From Octopus vulgaris (taxonomy: Eukaryota), in contig OX597830.1 in assembly GCA_951406725.2 (NCBI GenBank), positions 66,960,001 to 67,024,000 on the forward strand: 64,000 nucleotides of DNA. The letters run 5' to 3'. Made by a program: the position numbers and the translations under genes. Every line of letters begins with the position of its first letter. Within the stretch, counting starts at the first letter, position 1. The notes under the pieces are model-generated. The model worked only from the letters and a program-made list of their open reading frames with translations, did no database searches and was not told the origin of the DNA. Below are positions 44,866 to 57,743 of this stretch, piece after piece.

Positions 44866-45500
44866 ATGTGTATACTTACTTTGAATTGGAGATTTTCATA
44901 GTTTGCTTTCGTTGGATCAAATTACTGACTACCAAAACTTTTCTCCCTTGCTGCAGAACTCTTTAGTCCAGCTAAATCTTCCAGTTTTATCAGCTTTTAA
45001 AAATCATCCGTTTCTTCCTTCTAACTCTTCGTTCAAATCCAATGCGTTTCATTACTGTTCTTAATCAATATGGCGACCATGATTTGCGGTCGATGGTTAA
45101 AAACATCCTCCTTTGCTGCTCTCTTCTCCCTCTTCGAAAACGTTATGCAGCCTCTCAAATCTCATTCATTACTCGGTAATGCCTCTTTTCAATCCACATC
45201 TTGACTGCGTTATTCACTGTTTGGTGACTGATACCGATAAATCGAGCCATTTGCTGATTGAACAATGTGTGTCGGATACGGTCGATGACTTGCCTGCGTG
45301 CAAATTCATCGATTTTATTATTTTTTTACCCCAAAGATTTTCATCAATGAATTTTATCAAATTAACGTTACGAGTAATCCCAACACACAATTAGATTAAT
45401 GAATTCGTTAATGTCCCTAGCAAGGAAGAGAAAACATAGCTTATGAGAACAAAATCCCGAAAAATCAGTGGTTAATTAAGCTCTTTTTGTAGACCACTGT

Positions 45501-45723
45501 TCTTTTACTCTTTTACTCTTTTACTTGTTTCAGTCATTTGACTGCGGCCATGCTGGAGCACCGCCTTTAGTCAAGCAAATCGACCCCCGGGACTTATTCT
45601 TTGTAAGCCCAGTACTTATTCTATCGGTCTCTTTTGCCGAACTGCTAAGTGACGGGGACGTAAACACACCAGCATCGGTTGTCAAGCAATGCTAGGGGGA
45701 CAAACACAGACACAGAAACACAT

Positions 45724-45765
<42 letters not shown>

Positions 45766-46297
45766 GACAGGCTTCTTTCAGTTTCCGTCTACCAAATCCA
45801 CTCACAAGGCATTGGTCGGCCCGGGGCTATAGCAGAAGACACTTGCTCAAGATGCCACGCAGTGGGACTGAACCCGGAACCATGTGGTTGGTAAGCAAGC
45901 TACTTACTACACAGCCACATACAATAATTTCATTATTATTATTATATATCTATGCATGTTTGTTCTCTTTCGCTTTTTGATAAATTTTGACCGGCCGCCT
46001 TACTTGGAAGGTTGGGAAGGAAAGCATCTTGTTTTAACCATCATCCTTTAAACCTTAAGAAGGTTTTGCAAATTTTTATTGTTCTAGTTAACGCTATCTC
46101 TTTACTCTCTTTAACTTGTTTCAGTCATTTGACTGCGGCCATGCAGGAGCACCGCCTTTAGTCGAGCAAATCGACCCCAGAGCTTATTCTTTGCAAGCCT
46201 AGTACTTATTCTATCGGTTTCTTTTGCCGAACCGCTAAGTTACGGGGACGTAAACACACCAGCATCGGTTGTCAAGTGATTTTGGGGGGACACACAA

Positions 46298-46335
<38 letters not shown>

Positions 46336-46509
46336 TTATACATATACGACGGGCTTCTTTAAGTTTCTGTCTACCAAATCCACTCACAAGGCTTTGTTTG
46401 GCCCGAGGCTATAGTGGAAGACACTTGCCCAAGGTGCCACGCAGTGGGACTGAACCCATGACCATGTGGTTAGTAAGCAAGCTACTTTCTTAAGCCACTC
46501 CTGCACCTA
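45501..46509 (-). mobile_element. Two SINE family A copies (45501-45919 and 46100-46509)
   Basis: Reverse complements of family A. Confidence 0.9.
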
Positions 46510-46802
46510 CGATTTGTAGTGTATGAATTAAGTATTTACGTTCTCTTCCCAAGATCCCAAGTTCAGCCATATTTCATTTCAGACGGATGTGTGTGTGTGT
46601 GTGTGTGTGGGGGCAATGTGATCGATTTCTCCCCTCCCTTTTCCTCAAAATTTCTAGCTTTGCACCCTCCAGCGGACCAGCATCCTGTTCAGGCGAAAAC
46701 TGTGATCTCGGTCAGAAAGACACCACTGAAAAACTGGGTAACAGTCCTAATGAGTACTTGGGCTCAAGAATAAAAAAAGAGTATGTATATATGCAGGTAG
46801 AA

Positions 46803-47370
46803 GGCTGCGAGCTGGCAGAAACGTTAGCACGCCGGGCGAAATGCGTAGCCGTATTTCGTCTGCCGTTACGTTGTGAGTTCAAATTCCGCCAAGGTTGACT
46901 TTGCCTTTCATCCTTTCGGGGTCGATAAATTAAGTACCAGTTACGCACTGGGATCGATATACTCGACTTAATCCGTTTGTCTGTACTTGTTTGTCCCCTC
47001 TCTCTTTAACCCCTTGTGGGTAGTAAAGAAATAGGTATTTCGTCTGCCGTTACGTTCTGAGTTCAAATTCCACCGAGGTCGACTTTGCCTTTCGTCCTTT
47101 TGGGGGTCGATCAGTTAAGTTATGCACTGGGGTCGAAGTAATCGACTTAATCCGTTTGTCTGTCCTTGTTTGTCCCCTCTCTGTGTAGCCCCTTGTGGGT
47201 AATAAAGAAATAAGAATCCTTAAGCACGCCGGGCGAAAAGCTTAGCTGTACTTCGTCCGTCTTTACGTCCTGAATCCAAATTCCGCCAAAGCCGACTTTG
47301 CATTTCATCTTTTCAGGGTCGATAAAGTAAGTATCAGTTTAGCACAGGTCGATGTAATCGACTTAAATAC
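46803..47370 (+). mobile_element. SINE family B head-to-tail array of 3 units
   Basis: Junctions AAAGAAATA|GGTATTTCGTC (about 47033) and AAAGAAATA|AGAATCCTTAAGCACG (about 47212). Confidence 0.9.
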
Positions 47371-47568
47371 TCCTTCGTAAGAGAATTAAAAACCGCATCT
47401 CTCTGCCTTGTTATGTCGAACTAATGTGGCAGGGTAGGCTCATCAAACCAGTATTATTTAAAGCTCAAGCTCACGGCTTCGACATTATACCGTGGTTGGC
47501 GAATCAGACATGCTGAGGACTTCGTCGTGCAGTGAACTGAACACAGGCAATGCAATCCAATCGAATGT

Positions 47569-47900
47569 GGATGGAAGCACTCCGTCGGTTACGACGACGA
47601 GGGTTCCGGTTGATCCGAATCAACGGAACAGCCTGCTCGTGAAATTAACGTGTAAGTGGCTGAGCACTCCACAGACACGTGCACCCTTAACGTAGTTCTC
47701 GGGGATATTCAGCGTGACACAGAGAGTGACAAGGCCGGCCCTTTGAAATACAAGGTACAACAGAAACAGGAAGAAAGAGTGAGAGAAAGTTGTGGTGAAA
47801 GAGTACAGCAGGGATCACCACCATCCCTGCCGGAGCCTCGTGGAGCTTTTAGGTGTTTTCGCTCAATAAACACTCTTAACGCTCGTTCTGGGAATCGAAA
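47569..47900 (-). mobile_element. SINE family C, 5'-truncated
   Basis: TSD AATCGAATGT at 47559-47568 and 47901-47910. Confidence 0.92.
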
Positions 47901-48060
47901 AATCGAATGTATACATGTATGAATGTATGTTTTAGTTTTCTTTCTCATTAAACGATTTCTTATTGTCAGCGGCATCAGCACATCACGACCCAAATTACCT
48001 AACTTCATGCTCTCAGAACATTTCGGTTAGTTTCCCTTACGCCACTATTTTTCATTATGT

Positions 48061-48283
48061 TACTCTTTTACTCTTTTACTTGTTTCAGTCATTTGACTGC
48101 AGCCATGCTGGAGCACCACATTTAATCGAGCAACTCGACCCCGGGACTTATTCTTTTGTAAGCCCAGTACTTATTCTATCGGTCTCATTTGCCGAACCGC
48201 TAAGTAACGGGGACATAAGCACACCAGCATCGGTTGTCAAGCAATGCTAGGGGGACAAACACAGACACACAAACACACACACG

Positions 48284-48348
<65 letters not shown>

Positions 48349-48363
48349 TATATAAAATTAATT

Positions 48364-48416
<53 letters not shown>

Positions 48417-48578
48417 GACGGGCTTCTTTCAGTTTCCGTCTACCAAATCCACTCACAAGGCTTTGGTCGACCCGAGGCTATAGTAAAAGACACTTACCCA
48501 AGGTGCCACGCAGTGGGACTGAACCCGGAACCATGTGGTTGGTAAACAAGCTACTTACCACACAGCCACTCCTGCGCC
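48061..48578 (-). mobile_element. SINE family A, full length
   Basis: Reverse complement of family A with an expanded TA tract. Confidence 0.92.
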
Positions 48579-48992
48579 TGTTCTGATCAAAGCAGCAAAC
48601 TTAAGAAGAATTTGGTGAGCTGATGGAATCTTATAGACAAAATATTTCTCTAGCTGTCACCTGGCATCCTTTCAAATAAATGATTTTTACCCCACGAAGC
48701 AGGAAAATTAGATTTTCCTGTGAAATTGTGTAATTTTCACTAAATTTCTTGAAATTATCTCCATTCCACTTTCTCATTTTCTTTGTTTATATTTTTGTTT
48801 TCTCTGCCCAAGATTATACATACCTGTGTGTGGGTGTGTGTGTGTGTATTATATATATTATATCTATCTATATATGCATGTGTATATGTATATATATATG
48901 TATGTGTATATGTGCGTCCAATAATACTATACTTATTCCACGTCCCTGCGTTGTTGTGTTTTCTCTTTGTGTTTTCATGTATCGATTAACTT

Positions 48993-49027
<35 letters not shown>

Positions 49028-49310
49028 GTATATATATATATGTATATATTTAAGTAGTTGAATGAATTATCTTATTATGGATAATTCGGTTAACCGGTAC
49101 CCGGGTAGCAAATTCAAGTCAGAAAAACACGGTTGAAGCTACATGCCTAGGGCAGAGATCACGTGCTATCGTGTGGAAATTTGTGTGTCTTTTTAAATAC
49201 AAATAAATGAAAGAATGGAGTTGAACGACGAATTAACAAAATTCCTTTATTTTAATTTCGAGATATGTTTCGAAATATATATACATATATATGTATATAT
49301 ATGTAATATA

Positions 49311-49374
<64 letters not shown>

Positions 49375-49604
49375 AGAGATGTTCTTATATACATGTTCCT
49401 CTACATATATAATATACATATATGTGTGTGTGTGTGTGTGTGTTTGTATGCATGCATGTATGTGTGTATAGATAGATAGATACATAGATAGATAGACAGA
49501 CAAACAGACAGACAGAAATTCACAAAAGCATACACACATCCATATATAAATATATGTGTGTGTGTATATGTATGTATATATACGTATGTATTATATATAT
49601 ATAT

Positions 49605-49939
49605 AGGCGCATGGCTCAGTGGTTAGAGCATCGAGCTTACGATCGTGAGGTTGTGAGCTCGAATCCCGGACCGGGCTGCGTGTTGTGTTCTTGAGCAAGG
49701 CACTTTATTTCACGTTGCTCCAGTTCACTCAGCTGTAGAAATGAGTTGCGACGTCACAGGTTCCAAGCTGTATCGACCTTTGTCTTTCCCTTGGATAACA
49801 CTGGTGGCGTGCAGAGGGGAGGCTGGTATGCATGGGCGACTGCTGGTCTTCCATAAACAACCTTGCCCGGACTTGTGTCTAGGAGGGTAACTTTCTAGGT
49901 GCAATCCCATGGTCATTCATGACCGAAGCGGGTCTTTAC

Positions 49940-49944
<5 letters not shown>
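49605..49944 (+). mobile_element. SINE family D (CORE-type), full length
   Basis: A box TGGCTCAGTGG, B-box-like GAGCTCGAATCC, then TGTGTTCTTGAGCAAGGCACTT...CCAGTTCACTCAGCTGTAGAAATGAG, which resembles the MIR core; flanked by TA repeats. Confidence 0.9.
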
Positions 49945-49987
<43 letters not shown>

Positions 49988-50306
49988 CATATGTATGTAT
50001 ATGCACAAGCACAACAATATGCATACAGACACACAAAGGCGCATATATGTAGGGGATGAGAGAGAGAGAGAGAAAGTGAAAAAACAAGTTAGAGAGAGAG
50101 AGAGAGAGGAATAAGGGATTCTGTGTATGAAACAGATTGATTGGATTGTGGAAGAAAACCGTTTCCTTTGCCGTTAAGGACGTACTTAGTGTGCTTGGAA
50201 TGTTCTCTTATGATCACTTCAAAGTATATAGAGCGGCATTGAGTGGGCCGTTGCTGGATTGACTGTTTGGATTGGACACGTTGAGATACGTTTTATATAT
50301 GTGTAT

Positions 50307-50355
<49 letters not shown>

Positions 50356-50448
50356 TGTAGGTATTTGTGTGTACATATACATACGTGCACACATACATAC
50401 ATATACACATACATGCATAAACACACACACATATACATACATACATAA

Positions 50449-50479
<31 letters not shown>

Positions 50480-50486
50480 CATACAG

Positions 50487-50532
<46 letters not shown>

Positions 50533-50613
50533 ACATATACATACATGTACACATACATACACACACATACATATACTTGTATATATATATATATACATTT
50601 ATGTATGTGTATA

Positions 50614-50653
<40 letters not shown>

Positions 50654-50984
50654 TGTATGTATATATAAATGTATGCATACATATATTCTTTTATTCCGTT
50701 ATTTGTTTCAGGCATTTAGCTGCGGCCATGCTGGAGCACCGCCTTTTGTCGAACAAATCGACCTCAGTACTTATTCTTTGTAAGCCTAGTACTTATTCTA
50801 TTGGTCGCTCTTGCTGAACCGCTGAGTTACGGGGACGTGAACACACCAACATCGGTTGTCAAGCGATGGTGGAGGGACAAACACAGACACACAGACATAC
50901 GCACGCACACACACACACACGTATGAGGGTGATGTTTATATGTGTGTGTGTGTGTGTGTGTGTCTGTGTGTGCATGCCTGCGCG

Positions 50985-51220
<236 letters not shown>

Positions 51221-51858
51221 GTATTGTTGGGTTAGCCCCAGATCAGCAGAACACTGATCAAAAACATTCCAGCCCTGACCAAGCAATCTTATCCTTGTGA
51301 TATCTTAGGATTATATCACATTACATTTTTAAAGATTTTCAGATAACCGGGTACGATTTGAGGTAGATTTTAGTCGGTTTTCTTCGCTGGTCGAGCTGCC
51401 GCATACAAGTTCTCTCATGTGATGTGATGTGATGTGATATGATGTGGTGTGTGTGTGTGTGTGTGTGCGTGTGTGTGTGTGTGTGTGTTTGCATGCGAGT
51501 GTGTATGCTGTGTGTGTGAGAGAGAGAGAAAGTGTGTATGTCTGTGTGTGCGTGCATGCGTATGAAATTATATATTTTTTTTGATTCAGTAACTCCATCA
51601 CATGTTAACATATACCCAAATTCAGGTGGATATTAATCCTTAAGCTGGATGGATGGAGATACACCCGGATAATGGTGCGAAGCTATGGTATAAACACTCT
51701 TGTACCTGTCTCTCCTGCTACATACCCCACTGCAAATCAATACACGGTACTTTAATGGTTTTTGCACGTGAGTCCATAAACATACACATCGTTTTCCTCT
51801 GCTCCATCACATATCCTTTCTCTCTTTCTTCATTCTCTATCTATCTATCCATCTATCC

Positions 51859-51917
<59 letters not shown>

Positions 51918-52026
51918 ATTCTGTCTGTCTATCTATCTGTCTGTCGGTCTGTCTGTCGGGCTGTCCGTCTGTCTGTCCGGCTGTCCGTCTGTCTGTCTGG
52001 CTGTCCGTCTGTCTATCCGTCCGTCC

Positions 52027-52109
<83 letters not shown>

Positions 52110-52181
52110 GATCGATCGATCGATCTATCACGAAAAGGAACACACATAAAAAGACACACAGACATAAAATGCACACACACA

Positions 52182-52227
<46 letters not shown>

Positions 52228-52312
52228 TTCTCCTATTCTTTCTCTTTCGGTCTCTCTCAATTCTTCAGGTTCCCACCTCTTTTTGCTTTCACCGTTCTTC
52301 TTTTTCCTTTCT

Positions 52313-52373
<61 letters not shown>

Positions 52374-52752
52374 TACCCTCTTTCTGTAATCCTGTATTAT
52401 GTCTCCTTTTCTCTCTCTTTCCTTTTCTTCTTCACTTCCATGCTCCCTTTTTCATGCTTGTCTTATTTGTCCATCTGTGTGTCTGTCTCTTTTTCTCATT
52501 ACAATTCCTTTTTCTTTCTTACTCTCTCTTTCCCCCTCTCTCTCTTTCTCTCTCACTCTCTCTCTATCTATCTATCTCTATCTCTTTCTCGCTCTCCCAT
52601 TCAATCTCTCCCATTCTCTCGCTCTCTCTACCTCCCTCTCTCTCTCTCTCTATCTATCTCTATCCCTTTCTCACTCTCCCATTCAATCTCTCCCATACTC
52701 TCTCTGTCTCTGTCTCTGTCTCTCTGTCTCTGTCTCTCTGTCTCTCTCTCTG

Positions 52753-52802
<50 letters not shown>

Positions 52803-53369
52803 ACCTCTTTCAAGCTCATTTTCGATCACATGTCCTTCCACCTTCCGATTTTATTTTTTTCACTTTCTTTCCATTCATTTGTGTTTTTTTCTAAAAAGTC
52901 ACTTCTTTCTAGTTTTTCTCCTATTCATTATCTCCTTTCTCCTTCTTTGTCTCTCTTACCTTCACTTCATTCAACACTTTTTATCATTTCTCTTTCCTTC
53001 ATTCGTTTTCATCTCTTCCACAACACACACACACCTACACACAATAGACACACACATACTCCAACGCATATACACACACACACTTTCTCTCTCCCTCTCT
53101 TTCTCTTTCACGGTACTCCTTTTTCTTTCCTCTTACCTTTCCCGCTTTCCGCCAATTTCCCACTCTTAAATACATTCGTCATCCATTTTATACAAATTCA
53201 TTTCGTTTTATCAACGAAGCCGTCTAAATTCAAATCCCCCCATATATATACATACGTCAACTCGATCACAGCTGACTTAAGGTTTTGTTTTGTCTTATTT
53301 GAGATAGTAGGCTGTATGGGGGCGGTATGCCGGCTACGTTTGGGCAGTGAAAGAAAGTCTCTTACTCTC

Positions 53370-53424
<55 letters not shown>

Positions 53425-53429
53425 ATGCT

Positions 53430-53747
53430 GTGTGGTCGGGTTCAGTCCCACTGCGTGGCGCCTTGGACAAGGGTCTTCTATTATAGCCTGGGGCCGACCA
53501 AAGCCTTGTGAGTGGATTTGGTAGACGGAAACTGAAAGAAGCCCGTCGTATATATATGTATATATATATATATAGAAACGTTAGCACGCCGGGCGAAATG
53601 CGTAGCCGTATTTCGTCTGCCGTTACGTTCTGAGTTCAAATCCCGCCGAGGTCGACTTTGCCTTTCATCCTTTCGTGGTCGATAAATTAAGTACCAGTTA
53701 CGCACTGGGGTCGATATAATCGACTTAACCCGTTTGTCTGTTAACAG

Positions 53748-53806
<59 letters not shown>

Positions 53807-54058
53807 TGTATGTATGTATGTATGTATGTATGTATGTATGTATGTGTGTATGTATATATGTATGTATGTATGTGTGTGTATATGTTTGTCCCCCCCAACA
53901 TCGCCTGCCAACCTATGCTGGTGTGTTTGCGTCCCCGTACATTAGCGGTTCGGCAAAAGAGACCGATTGAATAAGTACTAGGCTTCCAAAGAATAAGTCC
54001 TGGGGTCGATTTGCTCCAGCATGGCCGCAGTCAAGTAACTGAAACATGTAAAAGAGTA
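53430..54058 (+). mobile_element. SINE family A with a partial SINE B (53573-53740) in its TA tract
   Basis: The two A halves flank B sequence. Confidence 0.87.
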
Positions 54059-54069
54059 TATATATATAT

Positions 54070-54255
54070 AGTTGAAATTTATGGAAAAGCAAAAGACGAA
54101 GGCAGGTGTATGTACAACACGCAAGTGTATTAGTTTGACGCTCGGGAAAAATGAAGAAGTCTTTTACGTTTCGAGCCTATGCTCTTCAACACAATGGAAT
54201 AAGAGAAAATAAACGCAAAGAGAATGAAAAAAAAAAATTTGTAGATTTCAGCGAT
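54070..54255 (-). mobile_element. Penelope-like fragment (same family as 13147-13332)
   Basis: Minus strand TTGAAGAGCATAGGCTCGAAACGT, with shared downstream CCCGAGCGT.AAACTAATACA...CCTG.CTTCGTCTTTTG. Confidence 0.55.
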
Positions 54256-54256
54256 A

Positions 54257-54289
<33 letters not shown>

Positions 54290-54345
54290 ACACACACACA
54301 AACACACACATACAGGGAAAGAGAGAAAGACAGATGGACAGACAC

Positions 54346-54405
<60 letters not shown>

Positions 54406-54491
54406 AGAGGGAGAGAGAGAGGGGGGAGGGAGGAAGAGGCAATCTTGGTTTATATCCCGTGCTGATGAAGTATTCAGGTGCTGAATTTGGA

Positions 54492-54726
54492 TACTCTTTT
54501 ACTCTTTTACTTGTTTCAGTCATTTGACTGCGGCCATGCTGGAGCACCGCCTTTAGTCGAGCAAATCGACCCCGGGACTTATTCTTTGTAAGCCCAGTAC
54601 TTATCCTATCGGTCTCTTTTGCCGAACCGCTAGGTGACGGGGACGTAAACACACCAGCATCGGTTGTCAAGCAATGCTAGGGAGACAAACGCAGACACAC
54701 AAAAACACACACGTACATACATATAT

Positions 54727-54788
<62 letters not shown>

Positions 54789-55484
54789 TACGACAGGCTT
54801 CTTTCAGTTTCCGTCTACCAAATCCACTCACATGGTAACGATCTTTAAATGAATGGTTGAGAAGTAAGACTGGTAAAATTATTTTTAAATAAAACTTTGA
54901 GATGTTTGAAGGGTTTATGCCTCGAGGCTAATCGTTTACTGCAGTTTAAATTCCAACGATAGAGTTTTCTTTGCTGGATTTAAGCTTTTGTTTTCGCGAC
55001 GTAGCGAAAGGAAGAGAGAGAGGAAGAGAGAGAGAGAGGGGGGAGAGAGGGAGGGAGGAAAAAGAACAAAAGACAGTTACTCTTTACTCTTTTACTCTTT
55101 TACTTGTTTCAGTCATTTGACTGTGACCATGCTGGAGCACCACCTTTTAGTCGAGCAAATCGACCCCAGGACTTATTCTTTGTAAGCCTAGTACTTATTC
55201 TATCGGTCTCTTTTTGCCGAACCGCTAAGTAACGGGGGACATAAACACACCAGCATCGGTTGTCAAGCGATACAGACACACAAGCACGCACACACATATA
55301 TATACATATATACATATATACGACGAGCTTCTTTCAGTTTCCGTCTACCAAATCCACTCACAAGGCTTTGGTCAGCCCGAGGCTATAGTAGAAGACACGT
55401 ACCCAAGGTGCCACGCAGTGGGAATGAACCCGGTACCATGTGGTTGGTAAGCAAGCTACTTACCACACAGCCACTCCTACGCCT
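54492..55484 (-). mobile_element. Two SINE family A copies (54492-54832 truncated; 55078-55484)
   Basis: Reverse complements of family A. Confidence 0.9.
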
Positions 55485-55810
55485 ATTATACATATTTTAT
55501 GGTAAATAATTATAGAAAAATAGGTATTTACTTTACTAGAAACGAAATTTCCTCATTAACAATGACAAATCAAGAAGGTTTCTTTATATGATCGATCGAG
55601 CTACGAGAAATTCCAACCAAGTTACCCCAAATTTACACAAAACGAATAGAAAGAATGAATTAATATAATGAAAGATGGAATGAAGCCGCTCGGCCCCACC
55701 TCAGAGCGACTTCATTGAACCTTTTAATACAACCCTTTTTTTTTTTAAAAAAAAACAAACTAGTTTATAAATGTTCTTTTTTTCTTTTTAGCAACAGCTA
55801 ATTCTTCTTT

Positions 55811-56168
55811 TGCACTCCGTCGGTACGACGACGAGGGTTCCGGTTGATCTGAATCAACGGAACAGCCTGCTCGTGAAATTAACGTGTAAGTGGCTGAGCA
55901 CTCCACAGACACGTGCACCCTTAACGTAGTTCTCGGGGATATTCAGCGTGACACAGAGAGTGACAGGTACAACAGAAACAGGAAGTAAGAGTGAGAGAAA
56001 GTTGTGGTGAAAGAGTACAGCAGGGATCGCCACCATCCCCTGCCGGAGCCTCGTGGAGTTTTAGGTGTTTTCGCTCAATAAACACTCACAACGCCCGGTC
56101 CGGGAATCGAAACCGCGATCCTATGACCGCGAGTCCGCTACCCTAACCACTGGGCCATTGCGCCTCCA
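55811..56168 (-). mobile_element. SINE family C with a small internal deletion
   Basis: TSD CAACAGCTAATT at 55792-55803 and 56171-56182. Confidence 0.92.
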
Positions 56169-56249
56169 CTCAACAGCTAATTACCATCCTTCCGAAGAAT
56201 GTTCACATTATATATTTTTAAAATATCATGAAATCATATTTATTTCGGT

Positions 56250-57743
56250 ATTGATCTAGTGTCCAATTTCTTGACTTATAGTCTTGATTTACCTCATAGT
56301 CCTTCAATTCCGATATATATTCTGGGTCTGCTACTACACAACGAATTTACTCGGTCACCCCCTTCACTCCTGATACATCCACTTTGATAGCATTGTCCCA
56401 CAAGTCTATTTTGTCATACAGTTCTTCGTTTTCTCCATTGTACAATATAACTAGCAGTATCGCCCGGCGTTGCTTGGGTTTGTAAGGGAAATAACTATAT
56501 AAGCATTTTTAGAGAGTTACTTCCCTTATATAATAGTAAAAAATGCATTAAAAATGGGAAAAAATGATGGTAAATTTTTTTTTAAATCGTAGATTCATCA
56601 TAGACGCGCGCTAATACCCACCCAGAAGGGCTCGATATGAATCACGACTATAAGATACCCGCTTTTGGTTAAACTGCACCGCAAAATGTGGGAGTAGTTA
56701 GGAATCTAAATCGTAGGAGACAGACACTCACACAACTTCACTTTTATATATAAAGATATATTTTTTCAAGGGCGAGGTTCCTGTGTACTTGTGTTTATCT
56801 TCATGTCAGGGGGTAGTTGGGGTAAGGTGGATGTGGGTGGGAGTCGGGTGGGTGTAGGACGGGGGGAGGGCTTCCTTTACAGCGTGTGCCTTTTTTTCTC
56901 TTTCTTCTCTTTCTCCCAGCTGTTTCACATTCATTGTCCATCTTCTCTTCTTCGACGCTGGTACTGGTCTTTGTGATGCCGCTTCACTCTCCTTTTCCTC
57001 AACCTCAACGGGCAGTGGAGCACCAACCACTTTCTCACTGTCTTGTCTCTCCTTAGCCGTCACAGGCGATGGAGGGCAATTCGCTCTAATGTGGCCTTTT
57101 AGGCCACATTTATAGCGCCGCGGAATCCTCCCTTTCACTCTGACTTTTAGTGTAACGTCGCCGATCGTAATATTCTCTACCATACTTTCGATATCTTCCG
57201 AGGCAACCTCTACCACTATGTCCAGGCTTTGCCCTTGCCAGTTCCTGTGGGGTGTTCTGGTGGCCTGGAGGACCACTACCTTCTCCTCCATGCCTAGCAG
57301 TATGGCAGCTACTAGCTAGGCTACATCCACTTCTGGGGGTATATCTTCTACCCTAAGGTAGAAGACATACCTAGGTATACAGGTAGAAGCACCACTTCTT
57401 CGGTTTTTAAAGGTGTAGCTGAGTGCAGCCTGGCAGTAGCTATCTCCCGAAACCGCACCTCCACTGTCCCAAATTTTCCTCCTCTGGCAAGGTAGAAAAT
57501 TCCTTGCCAGATTGGTGTAAGTGCCTTTTTCACTTGAGCCGTCGTCATGATTTCCATTTTCCTGGCTGCTACCGAATACGTTCTGTAAACTATTGTTTTC
57601 TCATCTCTTTCCTTTAACACTTCTTTGGTAGGGGGGAGCACTTTCACATCGTTCCCCTCCCTTTTAATCATTTTTTTGAATATACTTATACCCTCCAGCC
57701 TCACGTCTTCGCTTCTTTCTTTCGTTGCCTCTGCATAATTCAC
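56250..57743 (-). pseudogene. Disrupted gag-like/ORF1 nucleic-acid-binding protein of a non-LTR retroelement
   Basis: MNYAEATKE start (SYA-type motif), RRM-like GKFGTVEVRF segment, frameshift near 57350, zinc knuckle PR(R)YKCGLKGHIRANC (first Cys lost), basic and Pro-rich tail. The frame continues past the Helitron. Confidence 0.75.
56451..56756 (-). mobile_element. 306-bp non-autonomous Helitron
   Basis: Minus strand A|TCTTTATATATAAAAG ... CCCAAGCAACGCCGGG hairpin, CGATACTG, CTAG|T. It shows the canonical 5'-TC, 3'-CTAG, A|T target and no TSD. Confidence 0.9.

Larger units (their letters stand above)
43659..45499 (-). mobile_element. Complete but decayed Tc1/mariner transposon with nested insertions
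   Basis: TIRs CAGTGG(CG/TC)TACAA..CTTAATT at both ends. Minus-strand peptide relics occur in order: QQMARFIGISHQTVNNAVK (HTH), KRIGFERRVRRKK, RFSWTKEF...FW*SVI*SNESK (WSDESK), PRCSQGTI/KEGGG, AQSSDLN...LDGRLR...LVDNLIKSIPNQVKAMI (SPDLN region). Confidence 0.85.
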
